Source: Raillietiella orientalis
Taxonomy: Eukaryota
Length of the DNA stretch: 64,000 bases
Direction: 5' to 3'
Assembly: GCA_036172245.1 (NCBI GenBank)
Contig: JAYWIR010000010.1
Coordinates: forward strand, 2,976,001 to 3,040,000
The notes beneath the pieces are model-generated. The model was not told the origin of the DNA, ran no database searches, and saw only the letters and a list, made by a program, of their open reading frames with translations. The position numbers were made by a program, and so were the translations under genes. Position 1 is the first letter of the stretch. The number at the start of each line of letters is the position of its first letter. Positions 50,640-62,680 of this stretch are shown in pieces.

Positions 50640-50960
50640 TATTACTATCGAGTTCATCTTGATGACCTCTTTTCTTACACTACGACAGTTGCAGAGTTAA
50701 TGTCCTCAATGCCTTCGCAAATGATATGGCCAAGAAAGATATCAGACTCATTCGTTTGGTGTGTGTGGTGCTTATGGTCCGTTTCATTCTTTCTGTGGCA
50801 CTCGGAAAAAATGCCAGGACTTTCCAAGAGGTCATCACTAGAGTCACGAGCTCACTATTGGCGGCCTGGGTTTCCCGATTTCATCACGAAACTGAAGGTG
50901 ACGCGATATTTCCCTGGTTTATGAAAGCTTTTCGATGCTGTTTTACTCAGGTTCCTTTGC
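50640..50960 (+). mobile_element. L2-like LINE 3' coding relic (intronic)
   Basis: YRVHLDDLFSY (LGV.LD..LSF), LIRLVCVV, FQEVITRVTSSLL (LQ.VQN.A.RL) and RFHHETEG..IFPWF (DHITP.L..LHWL). Confidence 0.5.
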
Positions 50961-51515
50961 AAGATACTTCTGGGAAGAGAAAGAGACTTGCAAGATCATT
51001 CAACACAAACAATCTTTGCATAGCCTTCCGTAGCTGACCACTGGCAGGTTCAGCATGTTGATTAGCACATTCGGAGCCCTAATATCAAGTCTGGCCTTTT
51101 TAAAGGGAAATCCCACAGATCAGATCCCTGAACTTTGCATCAACTCCAAGATAACCAAGATAATCAAAATGTTCGGATAAGATGATCATTGTCTGCAATT
51201 CAATGCTCGAAGAGGGCGAAATTCAATAACACAGCACAGATTTCCTGTTTGTTAATGTGTATAGAAGTGTTTTATTCTTTAGCATCATTCTCAAGTGTTC
51301 CAAATACATGCGCAGAGACTGTGAAGAGATGGAATCTCTTGAGACTACGAAACACAAAGTTGAAAACATTGCAAACACCACTTCCGGTAAACACCACAGA
51401 ACATAAAGAGGGATCAACAACAGACGGACAAACAACCCTGTGAAAAATAATCCAAGAGGAGCAGTGCAAGTTTCCCTTTCTGGAGTACCGCAAGCAACGC
51501 AAGGAGCTCTTTGGT

Positions 51516-51626
51516 ACAACACATGCACTTTATTCATTCATCAGAAACGACTGCCAGATGGATGCATCCTGAGCAAGCAGAGCCTCACTGCTGTGAGGCT
51601 TGGCTTCTCGCGGCAGTTCACGCAGG
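51516..51626 (+). repeat. Near-identical direct repeat, copy A (partner 63890-64000)
   Basis: 111 nt matching 63890-64000 with one visible mismatch (ttcAtcag vs ttcTtcag). Confidence 0.95.
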
Positions 51627-53699
51627 CCGCTGTTGAGGAAGGACCCACAAAGCGAAAACGGAGGCGACACTCAATTCGGAAGAACATGAGACCATCTGCC
51701 ATCGCTCATTGACGCAAGACGTGCTCAGGAAACACAAAAGGCGAGGGCTGGGAAGCATTCATCACTGCTGGCAGCGAAAAGAATGGCTGCGGATCTTCCC
51801 ACTTGGCCGAAGAGACGCAGGAGCAGCAAAAAAAAAAAAATTTCCGCCGTGAAAAGAGAAAGACCGCTGATGGGCGAAGTCGTGAATAGGAAGCTGCGAG
51901 TTCGGGACCACAACTCTGAACACGCTGGCCGAGAGAGGTGCCAGGCCACTTTTTGCGAGGGTCGTTCATCAGTCCGAGCTTGCAGCTGGGAATGCCAACC
52001 GCAGGGATTCCGCGCGCGAGTCCACCAAAGCAGCATCTTTTTGCTGGGCGGATGCGTTTCGCCAAGAGCATCTTTTCTCAGTGGGCTGAGAGGTTCATCT
52101 TCTTGGGCTGGCACGACCTCAGTCAGCAGTCAGAGACCACTCCAGATCTGTTCAGCTGGTTTAGAGAATTAAACCATGGAATCTTCCTTGTTTGTCGCCT
52201 TGCTCTTTAAATCCCGAAGTTCGTAGGAAATCTGATTACAGAATGCAAGTGGCCAGATGAACGTGGACGTGGAACTGGCTTTCGTCAAACGAATGGATGC
52301 TGAGCCACACCGTTTGGGTGGGACCCATGGCAGCTTCGCGAGTAGCAAGCCGCGTTTATTTATTCTCCTTTTACATCGTCTCCTTTGGAATAGGCGGATG
52401 CAGACAAAAGGGACGAACATGCAGTGGAGGATTCAGCCTTCAGGGAAGAACGCCCAGCAGTTTCATTTAAATCACTCGAAGGAGTCACTGTGGGGGCGTA
52501 TGATGAGGGCTATGAAAGTTTCGTCATCGGAGTGCGTTTGACAAAGACACATTCGGTGAGTCTGAGATGCGGAAATTCGAATTTATTCGAGCTGCACTGT
52601 CTTCATCCTGACGCGGAGTGCCATTCGGGGGATGCTGAGAACGAAAGGCAAACTTCCGAGGTGGATTCGGAATCGAATTGTCTGCCCGAGGTGAGCGCGG
52701 TTCAAGAGCTCTTCGTCAGCGGTTCGCACGTCTCCGTGAAACGGTGGGGGTGGAGGAGTGCGAAAATTTCAGGTGCACATGAAATCCGAGCTGCTATGTG
52801 GACTGCCACGCGGTATTCTCAGAGCTCTCGAAGCGTTCGAAGAGCATTATCTGGAGCCGGAGTTTTGGAGGCGCGGTGTGTTCGAATCCGGGAACATACA
52901 CTTCTGCGTCTTGGATTGTTCTTCTTGGAACGAGTGAAAGGGAAGGTCTTCGGAAGACGGAAGACCCGATTCTCGGAACAAAGAAAGGGACTGTGACGCA
53001 GGAATGAGGGAGCAGAAACGAGCGACCACGGGTGGGTTCTGAGACGGAAGCGAGCGAGAAACCGGAAGTTCCAGTTCTTGAAAACGCGGAGAAGGACGCA
53101 CCTCTCCCGAGGTAGCAAGCAGAAACTTTAAGTGAGGGAAGCCAGCGGAGTGTCGTTAAGGAATTTCAATGTTTACTGGCTAACGGTGTTCTCGATACGG
53201 AATGCTCCAGATGAAGAGCACGATCAACATTGGCGACTCGCTTCGTTGGACAGAAGTTTCGAGAGTCTCGAATCGTTCTACTAGAGACTGAGCTGGACAG
53301 ATGGGGCAGTTGTCCAGATCTGAAAGATGCACGGGAAAGGCTGACGGGCAAAGCTCATGTATTGTATTGGGTAGTAGTTTGATTCTGCGGGAGGCGAGGA
53401 GCAGGAAGACTGCAGTCTCTGACTCCAGATACTCACGTTGAGTGAAACTTCCTCCCTGCCTAAGTGGTTTTTCTGGGTTTCGTATTCCTGATGATGATGC
53501 AAATCCTATGTTTTTTTTCTGCTCTCTCTCTTTTCCTTCAAGCTTTTTTTTTTCGGGTTTTTTTTTGGTTCGCTCAGTGCTGAAGAACTGTCCGCCTCCT
53601 TAGGGAACTTCACAATGCTCTTTGATGCTGTCCACGCCACCCGTGTGCAACTCTTCAGGCTAGGGACCACTCTATGAATCCAGAAAGGCTTCGGAGGGA

Positions 53700-54278
53700 G
53701 GAGTCCGTCCCTCTTACGCTTGGGAAGGAACCCTGAAGGGAACCAACCGCCCACCCTGGTTGTCTCCGAAGGGAGCCCTGAAGGAAACCCTCTTCCTTAT
53801 TCTCACCAGAACGAACCCGAAAACGATACTTTCCTGAATCTTATTCTCCGAAGAGACTACCCGGAAAAAAATCCCCTGTTTCCTCCTCCGAAGAGAACCC
53901 TGAAGAAATGCTTCCCAATTTCTCATTGGGGGCGCTCCCCGAAGGAAGCAGTGCGCTTCTAACACTCTGGAGAAGCAACCACCGAGCGGGGGCAGCAACC
54001 AGCTCCGTGGTATGTGATGGAGGGTGGCTTCAGTTTCACAACCGGAGGAGAATGTCTCTTTGTTTCCTGGGAGGACCCTGGAGGGTCAACTTCCGGTACT
54101 GTCCAGTCAACGGAGGCATCCGGTTTCCAGTGCCGCCCCCGAAGCCTACAGGCAAACCAGCATCATCTCGAAACCCACAACGCATCCCTCATTCTTGGCA
54201 TCGATACTCCGTGTGGGGATTAGAACCCGATATATCTAGTACCATTCACGGAGGCCTCAGTTACACGGCCGCCAACGC
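53700..54278 (-). mobile_element. tRNA-headed SINE, copy 3 (intronic)
   Basis: Minus strand gcgttggcggccgtgtaactgaggcctccg...gggttctaatcccc...gtgggtttcgag head. Body aligns by eye with the other copies. Confidence 0.75.
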
Positions 54279-54470
54279 TTATTATATCCGGAATGCTCCA
54301 TGGTTTCCACCCTTTCGCATTTGAAAAGAACACAAGCCATAGCGCTAAAGTACCCTCTTTCTTTCCTTTCGAAACTGGGAGAAGCAGGGATTCCATAAGA
54401 GGATCCGGTAAAAATCCCAACTTGTTGGGAGCGCGTTGCAATGACACCGTCCAGACACAGATGTACTCAC

Positions 54471-54601
54471 GTCGCGCTGCCACAAAAGCTTCTTCACAGG
54501 AGGATTGGCACGCACGTTGCAGTGGAGGTTCACCGTGTCGCCCACTCGGATTCTGCTCGCATTGGAGATCCCTTCTACCTCCAAAGAGACCACAGGGATA
54601 A
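54471..54601 (-). CDS. Ig-domain exon (first half of the penultimate Ig) of the Sidestep/nephrin-like gene
   Basis: Acceptor cattccag, donor gtgagt, 131 nt, phase 1-0. IPVVSLEVEGISNASRIRVGDTVNLHCNVRANPPVKKLLWQRD has G..V.L.C.V.ANP.....W. Confidence 0.85.
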
Positions 54602-55362
54602 CTGGAATGACAAGACACCCTATAAGAGATGAAGCAGCACGAGGTTTTTCTGTGCTGAATCTTCAGAGCGAGTCTGTCACGCCTCATTCTTGAGTCTGAG
54701 GATACGACCTAAACGAGTTCGCATCATGACTTCCTCGACTACCCTCAAGGCACAGCTTTCTCACCCCTGGATTGGAAAATCCATGGGAATGGTTCGTTTA
54801 TATTCTAATGAGGGATTGCGGAAAAGAAGCGTTTCATTACGGGGTAGGGCTAGGGAGGAACTCCAACGATCCCTCCAGCTCAATGACATTTTCGCCCCCT
54901 TCCCTTTCTGTTCTTAAAACGACGTATGAAACCCTTGGCACCTTCTCGTTCAGCATGCTGCGCAGCTACCTGACATGGTTCTCAGTGATTCTTCCTGCAT
55001 AGAGATTCTGCAGGAGACTCGCACAAGGGCAAGATAGCCTTCACCGGAACAGAGTGATCCTGTCCGCTCAGATTCCGTTATCGAGCGCACGAACATCTTC
55101 TCCACCATTGAATCTATAATGCAGTGAGAAATTTTGGACGCACCGGTCTCTAATTGTGGCCAAAGATCACTTTGCTGGAAAGACGGTGGGCTGATCCTCT
55201 TAGATTCGAAACGAATCCTTGTTTTGGAGTTTAAGAAAGGGATGCAATGGAGAGTCATCGAGGAATTCATTCTTGTCTCGATGAGCCGTGCAGGTTTTCT
55301 TGGAAAGATGTCCTGATCTCTCGTCTTTACCGAGTCTTGTCAACGTCCAGGCTCGCATTTAC

Positions 55363-55543
55363 ACGTTGCAGCAAGCCTGACCAGCAGCTCCGCACTTCCC
55401 CTGAGCCTGTCTGAAGTTTGCAAAATTCCATTTCCTTCGCCTTCGGAAAAAATCCTCAATGCTAATCGGCAGCCATGTTTGGACGGGCGGCTTGCGAACC
55501 TGTATTCAAGCCTCAAGGACTCCACTCTCTCATCAGACGAGCC
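55363..55543 (-). CDS. Probable upstream Ig (C2-set-like) half-domain exon of the same gene
   Basis: Acceptor catcatcag, donor gtaaat, 181 nt, phase 0-1, compatible with the next exon (T+TT = F). YRFASRPSKHGCRLALRIFSE resembles F.P...HG..L.C.A.N but lacks the Cys at the canonical position. Confidence 0.5.
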
Positions 55544-58360
55544 CTGATGATGCTCGGTGGAGTAAGTCTTCAGCCACAGGGAGGCAAATCTCGCAGCGGT
55601 TCTCAAGAGTAGTTTATCTAGTCAGAAGCTTCACAAAAGTGGTGATCGCTTTCAGAAGAATGACTTTAGCTGAAAGTGAATCACTCAGGAGTGTCTCACC
55701 GTGGACCGTCTTTGAGAGATCTCTGCCTAGAAATTTCTTTTCTTTCACGAGATGGGAACCGCATCCATCCTATCCAAAGAATCCCGTATGGTTTTCTTAA
55801 AAAATCGACCATGCTTCAATCAGTCGCTTCCCAAGTAAGTACAACATCTCTCTGGAGTGTGTTTCCCCCACTTGTGTTCCAGCGGTTAGTGGAAATCGAA
55901 ACACCAAGGAAACAGCAAAGGAAAAGCATGGAAACTGCATACAACCAAATAGATGAATTTTAAAAGAGCCTGCTTGCCACTCAGAGACTCTTCACCGCGT
56001 TTCACGACATTGGGTGGCATCGTTTACATCGGGAGCTACTGGTTGTCACTCACTTTCGTTTGAATCAGGGAACACCAATTTTCTTCTCGAAATAATGACC
56101 AGAGAGTAGCAAGGAGGCAGTGACTCTTATGCTCGTAATTCCTATCCGGAAAGAAAGTCACCACCATACTGGCTAGTATCTGCCTCAAAAGAAGGAAATT
56201 TTCACTTTCCTTGCATCCTTCATTCACATAAAGAATTGCCGTTGGCTCTGAGATTTGGTGGCGGGATGAGACTACAGCAGTCTGCTCTTAGCAGAATTCA
56301 CATAGCTCCCTGTGCACATGTCCGTTCTTTCTCTTCTGATTTCACAAAACACTTGAGGTCCAGCAAGACGACGCTTTTGTGCTCCACTATGCTGCTGTAG
56401 TCAGGCGCTGATTGTTTGCTCCTTTGGATCTTCAAAAGGATGAACCCTTATCTCGGGTCCTGTAGCTCTCATAGAGGAGTATCTTGCAGTGGGAAGAATT
56501 CTTTCCGCGAGGTAACCGCTAAGAGAGCTCCTGGAGAGATTTCAGGACTCCTCTAAGCTGCGATCATCGGAAAACAAAACGAGGTCGTGCCTGTCGCTAC
56601 ACAGTGTTGCCTTCGCAAGGGAGGATGCACCGCTTTGCATTGGATTCCCACATCCGGAACAGCCTGATCATTTTTAAACAGACGGATGACTCAAATTTAT
56701 GCCGAAAGATGCGAGATGTGTCTGAATTGAAAAGAAAAGAAAGTCTCCATAAATGTCGAAGTCATCTCCGTACTGAAATTCAGGAGATACCCACGATCCT
56801 CCAAAATTTGCAGCCTCCTAACTCCAAGAGTGCCCTTCAGCTGGCGAGATTTCGCTTCTCCGAAGCAGAAAAACACCCGCCGCTCCGAATGCGCTCATTG
56901 TGAGAAATCGATCGAAAGGATTCGAGTCTGCACCATTTGCTCATCCCACTTTGCATGGATCAGTCGTGTTAAGATGCTCCCAGCTACTGGACGAGGAACC
57001 CCTGCGTCATGATTCTTGGGCTGTGAGCACGTCAATGCCAGAATAGCTCCACCCCGCATATCAGAGCGCATCTTCCTTTCGTCTTCCAGGAGCTATCCCG
57101 GACTTTATACACCTGTCTGATCTGACAGTGTATTATTAACTAGTGAAGAGGATTCCTTGTTTTTCTCCCAATCAGAATCTTTCGAACACGAAATCTCATT
57201 TGAAGGTTCATACAAGCTTCCCCTTTCAATATATCTTACAGAATTTCCTAAAGGAATGTCATCTTTGTGATTATGAGGTTCAGATCCTCCAGAGAAGGAG
57301 ACTCTCCGGAACAATGATAAAGGGGAATGTTCTGGAATCCATTCTGAAAGGCTCTGCTAAATTTTTCGGATGAACTCGTGGGGAAACTTCGTGAGCATGT
57401 TGCAGTCCAGGAGTCAAGAGGTGAAGGGCACCGTCGAGGAACAACCAGGAGGGATTTCAGATGTCCCTCGAAAAGATGGTCTCAGGAAGCAGCGGCCGCA
57501 TTTGCGACGTCGATTTGCAAGCAGACGCCACTGTTCGTTGTTTGAGAGAGTCAGACTTGACACGTTGAACCTTTATAGGATGCATGCGCTTCCTTTTGCT
57601 GATACTCCAGCCCTCGATTCGGAAAAAATGAGCTTGAGTGATTCGCAGGACCAGGAACAATGGAAGAAATGCTCGCTTCCAAAAGCAAGAGATGCACGGG
57701 AAAAGGAGCAAATCATGGAAAACACGAAGCTGACCAACAAAAGCAGCTGAGAGGTTCTGCGGAAGATCCTCAGCACAGTTTGCTTCCCGTTCGCATTTTT
57801 CTTTCGAAAAGATGCTTCTCTTCGAGCTGCGTCAGGTCAACCTCTCTCCAGATAAGGAGAAGCGGCACTTGAAATGAAGCCTGCACCATGAAGAAACACA
57901 TGCGTGTTCTAAAAGACTCAGTCTTGCGATCGATGGAACACAAATGTCTTGATAAAAATAATAGATAGCATTTTAGGGACATGTCATTTTGAATGACGGT
58001 TTGATTGCAGAGTCGTAATGGATCATCAAACATCCAGCGGAATGAAGGGAAGCGTTTAAGAAAAAGGTGTTGATTCTTTTCGATGGAAGAAGCGGACTTG
58101 CTTTCGTGTGTTCTCTTCCTTAGTTTCCTGGAGCACCTCAGGAAGCAGGACCACTCGGGACCCGGACTGCTCATTCGGAAAACCCGAAGGATCGTCCTGT
58201 AATTCTCTTGTATTCCTACAAGGGAGGAGTGCTTGACTTCTGCTGTGACTTCAACCCGGAATTCAGTAACCATGGTGATCTCGCGGGCACTTTCAGAAGT
58301 CATAGCTTGTTTGGGGTGCGTTCCATCAGACGAGGAGGACAGGTGAAGGTGCAGCGGAAG

Positions 58361-59064
58361 GAGAAATGGAATGCACAGCAAGCTCAAGAACACGCCTTGG
58401 TGCAGCTCATTTCCCCTCCCCTCTCCTGGTTGCTTCCAGGAAAAAAGTGGGGAATCAGTTGGATTGTGGTTACGTGGATAACGGAACGGATGCCTCACTT
58501 TCCCACTTTAGAACGGGAGAGTCAGTCGTCGCGATCGCATCCTTGTGAGTCTGCTATGAGTCATTCCCGTCTCGCAATCATGGAATCCTGCACATCGATT
58601 CCCCAGAATACAGCTACAAGGGAACAGCAAGAAATGCTGATCGAGGAAACCCGGTGCTGTCGGATCCAGTAGTTCCACCGAGGCATACAAAGTAGAAGTT
58701 TTCCGAGTTGATGTGGTACACGAGAAGGATTCCAGGCGTTTGGTGTCTCTTGTGATAGTCGCTGCTGTTCAAACGTGATGAAATTCTTGCAGGAGACGTG
58801 GCATCACTGCGATGTACCTTGCACATAGGGGTGGACTGACTTTTGCAGGAAACCCTTAACTTTCTTCTGTATTCTCAGGGAAGCAATCTTTCAGGTACGA
58901 TCGACTCTCTCGTCATAAAGCGGGAAAGTGAGGTATCCGTTTCGTTACCCGCGACAGCCACAATCGAATTGATCTCCCATTCTCTTCCTGCAAGTGGGCA
59001 AGCGACCAGGGAAAATTCAAGCTGCACCAGGGCGTTCTTGCGCTTGCTGTGCTTTCCATTTCTC
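58361..59064. repeat. Diverged inverted repeat with ~160-bp arms (58361-58523 and 58903-59064)
   Basis: gagaaatggaa.gcacagcaagc.caagaac...tggtgcagct...gattgtgg...aacggat.cctcactttccc.cttta...gagagtc is present on both strands around a ~380-bp spacer. Confidence 0.85.
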
Positions 59065-59242
59065 GTGACTATTTATTTGACCTCTGTAGGCTTTTCCACA
59101 TCCCTAAATCCGGCGGGGTCAGTCTCGAGAAGCAACGGTGGTAGCATTACATTCCCATTACGGAACCCCTTAAACCCCCTACGGTAGCAGAACCTTACAC
59201 CCGTTTTTTGATGAAATCGTAACCTGAAGAACCCTATTAAAT

Positions 59243-60181
59243 TATTAGGTTAATGCAAAAATAATTGCGGTTTTTATCATTTTAATTTTGTCGCCGATTT
59301 TTCTAGTTTTTTCTAGTGGATTCACAGAGAACCACCAGAGAGGTGGCAGAAGAAGTCAATGTTCATTATTCAACAGTTGCTCGACATTTGAGGCCTCATT
59401 GGGGAAACGAAAAAGCTGGGTAAATGGGTGCCGCATGAGCTAAACGAAAATCAAGCAGTTGGGCGATCCGAAGTCTGCTCTACGCTTCTTTTACGTAACA
59501 AAAATGATCCCTTTCCTGATCGCATGGTCACATGTGATGAAAAGTGGATTCTCCAGAACAAACAGAAACTTTCATCACAGTGGCCGGACCGAGGAGAAGC
59601 ACCAAAGCAGTTTCCTAAGCCGGGGCTCCATGAGAAAAAGATTATGGTCACTGTTTGGCTGGTGGTCGGCAAGTGGCATCATTCACTACAGCTTCTTAAA
59701 TCCTGGTGGAACAACAACAGCAGAAAACTATTGTCAGGAGATCGAAAAGATGCATGAGAAGCTGCTTCCTTTACGACCAGCATTAGTGAATCGAGGAGGA
59801 ACAATTCTTCTTCGTGACAACGCCCGACCATACGTCTCACAAATGACTTTAAGGAAATGAAATGAACTGGGTTACAAAACCCCACCTCGTTCACCTCATT
59901 CTCCGAACCTGCCTCCCTCAGATTATCATATTTTTCAAGATTTGAGTGATTTCCTACAAGAGAAGGTTACCAGGCATCAGTTCAAAGCGCTTTCGATGAA
60001 TTCGTTAATCCCAGGATTTCAGAATTCTACCTTGTAGGAATAAACAAACTTGTTTCCCGTTGGGAGAAATGTGTGCAGGCCAGTGGTCTCTATTTTGATT
60101 AACAGTTATGATTTTTAGATGACATATGCGTCTTTATACTCGATACGTGAAAGCCGCAATTATTATTGCACCTAACTGATA
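59243..60181 (+). mobile_element. Internally deleted, inactive mariner with Hsmar1/cecropia-like TIRs
   Basis: TA-ttaggttaatgcaaaaataattgcggtt ... aagccgcaattattattgcacctaactga-TA. Motifs WVPHEL, VTCDEKW, IMVTVW, DNARPY, SPNLPPSDYHIF. Frameshift near 59660, stop at 59858-59860, N-terminus deleted. Confidence 0.95.
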
Positions 60182-60529
60182 TTTTCTTTTTTATTTAAAA
60201 GCTAGTAGCGGCCTTACAAGGAGATCGTTAGTGTTGGCCTAGGATGATGGGGAATCCTGTAGAGGGTCATTCCATCTGCTGCTTTTCTTCCGGCTTTTTT
60301 TTTTCTTTCAGTCTTGTTTCCTTTTTGGTTCGATCAATATTGAAGAACCGTTCATCCCGAATAGGGCATCAGAGAGGCTGACGAGACTCACAAGGCTCCT
60401 CAAGCAAGGTCGCACGATCCAAAGGTCCGTGCCATTCAGTCAGGGAAGGGGGGGAGCATCGAATGGAATCAGCTCTGTGACTCCTGGATAGACCTCTGAG
60501 GGTATGAGGGTCTACTCGAAATTCCGTTA

Positions 60530-60689
60530 GCGTTATGGGCCTTCGCCCGAAGCCCGTGAGACAACCAGCGTTCTACGGGACAGAGTCGAAACCCACGACG
60601 CATCCGTTTCTCGGCGTTGATCCTCCACGTGGGGATTCGAACCCGAAATGCTTGGTAACCACGCGCGGAGGACCGCAGCCGCCAATGCG
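60530..60689 (-). mobile_element. tRNA-headed SINE, copy 4 (head and start of body)
   Basis: Minus strand tggcggctgcggtcctccgcgcgtgg...gggttcgaatccccacgtggaggat, closely similar to 1505-1565. Confidence 0.75.
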
Positions 60690-60921
60690 AGCCTCATGTG
60701 CTCATGTACTCCTGAAAATTCAAGCTCCACATCCAGAGATTGACTTTAATCTTCCTCTCAAACTCGTTCTCTGAGATCGGAGAGCAGGTTTCCTTTTCAA
60801 TGCACTTGATCATGCGGATGAACGCCCAAGTGATCGTTCCATGCTGAGCTATTTCCTTCCGCATGCTCGCTCCGCGGTCCCTTGACCGTTTCAGGCTGGA
60901 TTAAGGCATGCTGCTGTTCAA

Positions 60922-61268
60922 GATGACGCTAGCTGGCCCACGGGCTTCAGGTGCGGCACTGGCGGAAGCCGGAAGTCCCTGGTTGCCCCGTTGATTGGCC
61001 GGGATTGGAAGTTGACCCACCGGGTTCCTTCCAGACATCGAAGAGGTTGTGAAACTGGAGCCGTCCTCCATCGCGTACCATGGAGCTGCATCCCTCCATG
61101 GACTCGCCTCTTCAAAGTGTCAGAAGTACGCTGCTTCCTTCGGGGAGCTCTCTCCAAAGAAATCTGGAAGCGCGCCTTCAGAGTTCCCTCCGGAGAAGGA
61201 ACATGGAGTTTCCCTCCCTCCGGGTGACTCCCTCTTGGGGTACCCCGCTATAACTTGAAGAGTCACAC
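60922..61268 (+). mobile_element. SINE, copy 5 (headless body and tail)
   Basis: gacgctagctggcccacgggcttcaggtgcggcactggcggaagccggaag... aligns with 1625-1880 and ends in ataacttgaagagtcac. Confidence 0.75.
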
Positions 61269-61879
61269 ATTCTCGGGAAGTGTGGATAGCGTGAAGGAGC
61301 TTTTGGTCCCCCCTCCCTCCCCCTAAGGAGACGAACGGTTCTCGAGTACACAAGAATGGAAGCAGAAGAGGACAGTGGATGCTTTCTGTTAACTCTGCTC
61401 GCTTGGCCATGTCCACAAGTGGCTCAGCGCGATCACGAGGGAGAGTGCTGGAGAGCGGATCGACAGCCGTCGCTGATACCGGTTCTTCCCCAATCAGGGT
61501 TCCACAGACACGCTTAAGAGTCACCAACTAAGCCAGACTTCGTGGGAAGAATTGTGCCAAACGTGCACAAGTCTTCCCAGATTCTTTCCTTGCCTGGCTC
61601 CCCAGAGGATCACGGTATCCCATAATTGAATTGCTTCTGTTATTGTTGTTTCCCTATAAGGGAAGGAATAAAATCATCAAATATTCCAGAGCGTCTCTTT
61701 GCTTAGGGAACCTGGTCTGGTGACGCGCCGGGCCACCATGGAAGATGGAAACGCTGTAGGACTAACTTTCGGTAGGAAGAAAAAAACGAAGAGCGGATCG
61801 GATTCTTTTAATGAAAGAAAGATTTGTGGATTCTTATGAAACATAAGGTATTGCTGATTACGAGTGGGAAGAAAGCAGC

Positions 61880-62680
61880 TCGGCTTTGGAGACCGCTTGC
61901 CAGCTTGGGAGGCTGCGTCACAAATTCTCTGAGAAGACCCTGAAGATTTTAGGGTGGAACTTTCCTCTATGGTTCGCCGCACGCAGAGCGTTCCACTCTC
62001 GCGATAGGAAAACCCCCACTCATCTGCCTGATGGTGGTGTGGCTCCATCGGGTGCGAGAACCAATGGCCAACCTTGCTCTTCTCACTCCAGCAGACGGAT
62101 GTGGAATCGTGGTTCAGTCTTGGGAACGTGCCCTTCGCAACAGGGATTCGAAAATTGAAACGAAATGAGATGCTCCGAGGTTGAGGTTTCTCCCGAGATC
62201 ACTACTCCCAGCTTGCAGATGAAACTCGAAATTTCAAGTGAGTGCGCTGTTCTTCGGTATCTTTGAAAAGAGACCATGGGCGCGCTACTGGAAAACCGAT
62301 GGAACGTGCAGTTCTTATGCAGATGTGATAGAAGGATGACCTATGTGAGGAACTTGGCAGACGCAGCAAAAGGAAATGCAATGGTGCTCCCTGAATGATA
62401 ATAGCAAAGCAAACATACGCATGAAGAATAGATAGAAGTCAAAATGGAGAGCAATTCTAAGATCCACTCCATCGAGTAGAAAGATGGCCTCTATTTTTGA
62501 AGGAATGCACATTGTGATCCTCCTTTGGAACCACCCAACGAGAACACTTTTTTTCAGCACATCCTGGAGGATAATACTGCGTTCCGAATAGAGACGAGGC
62601 GAAAACGAATTCTTGGAAGCGGTATCATCAATACATTCTACAATGTCATGCAATTTTGAAACTTCTAGTCTCATGGCTTC
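61880..62680 (-). mobile_element. L2-like LINE RT/thumb relic
   Basis: CIDDTASKNSFSP...LQDVL...GWF...PSKIEAIFL (YADDT...W...NP.KTE), then KLGVVISGETSTSEHL (LGV.ID..LS...HI) and QRICDAA. Confidence 0.55.

Noticed and set aside
52860..52900. Isolated B-box-like gttcgaatcc
   Set aside because: No A-box, cloverleaf or similarity to the SINE body.
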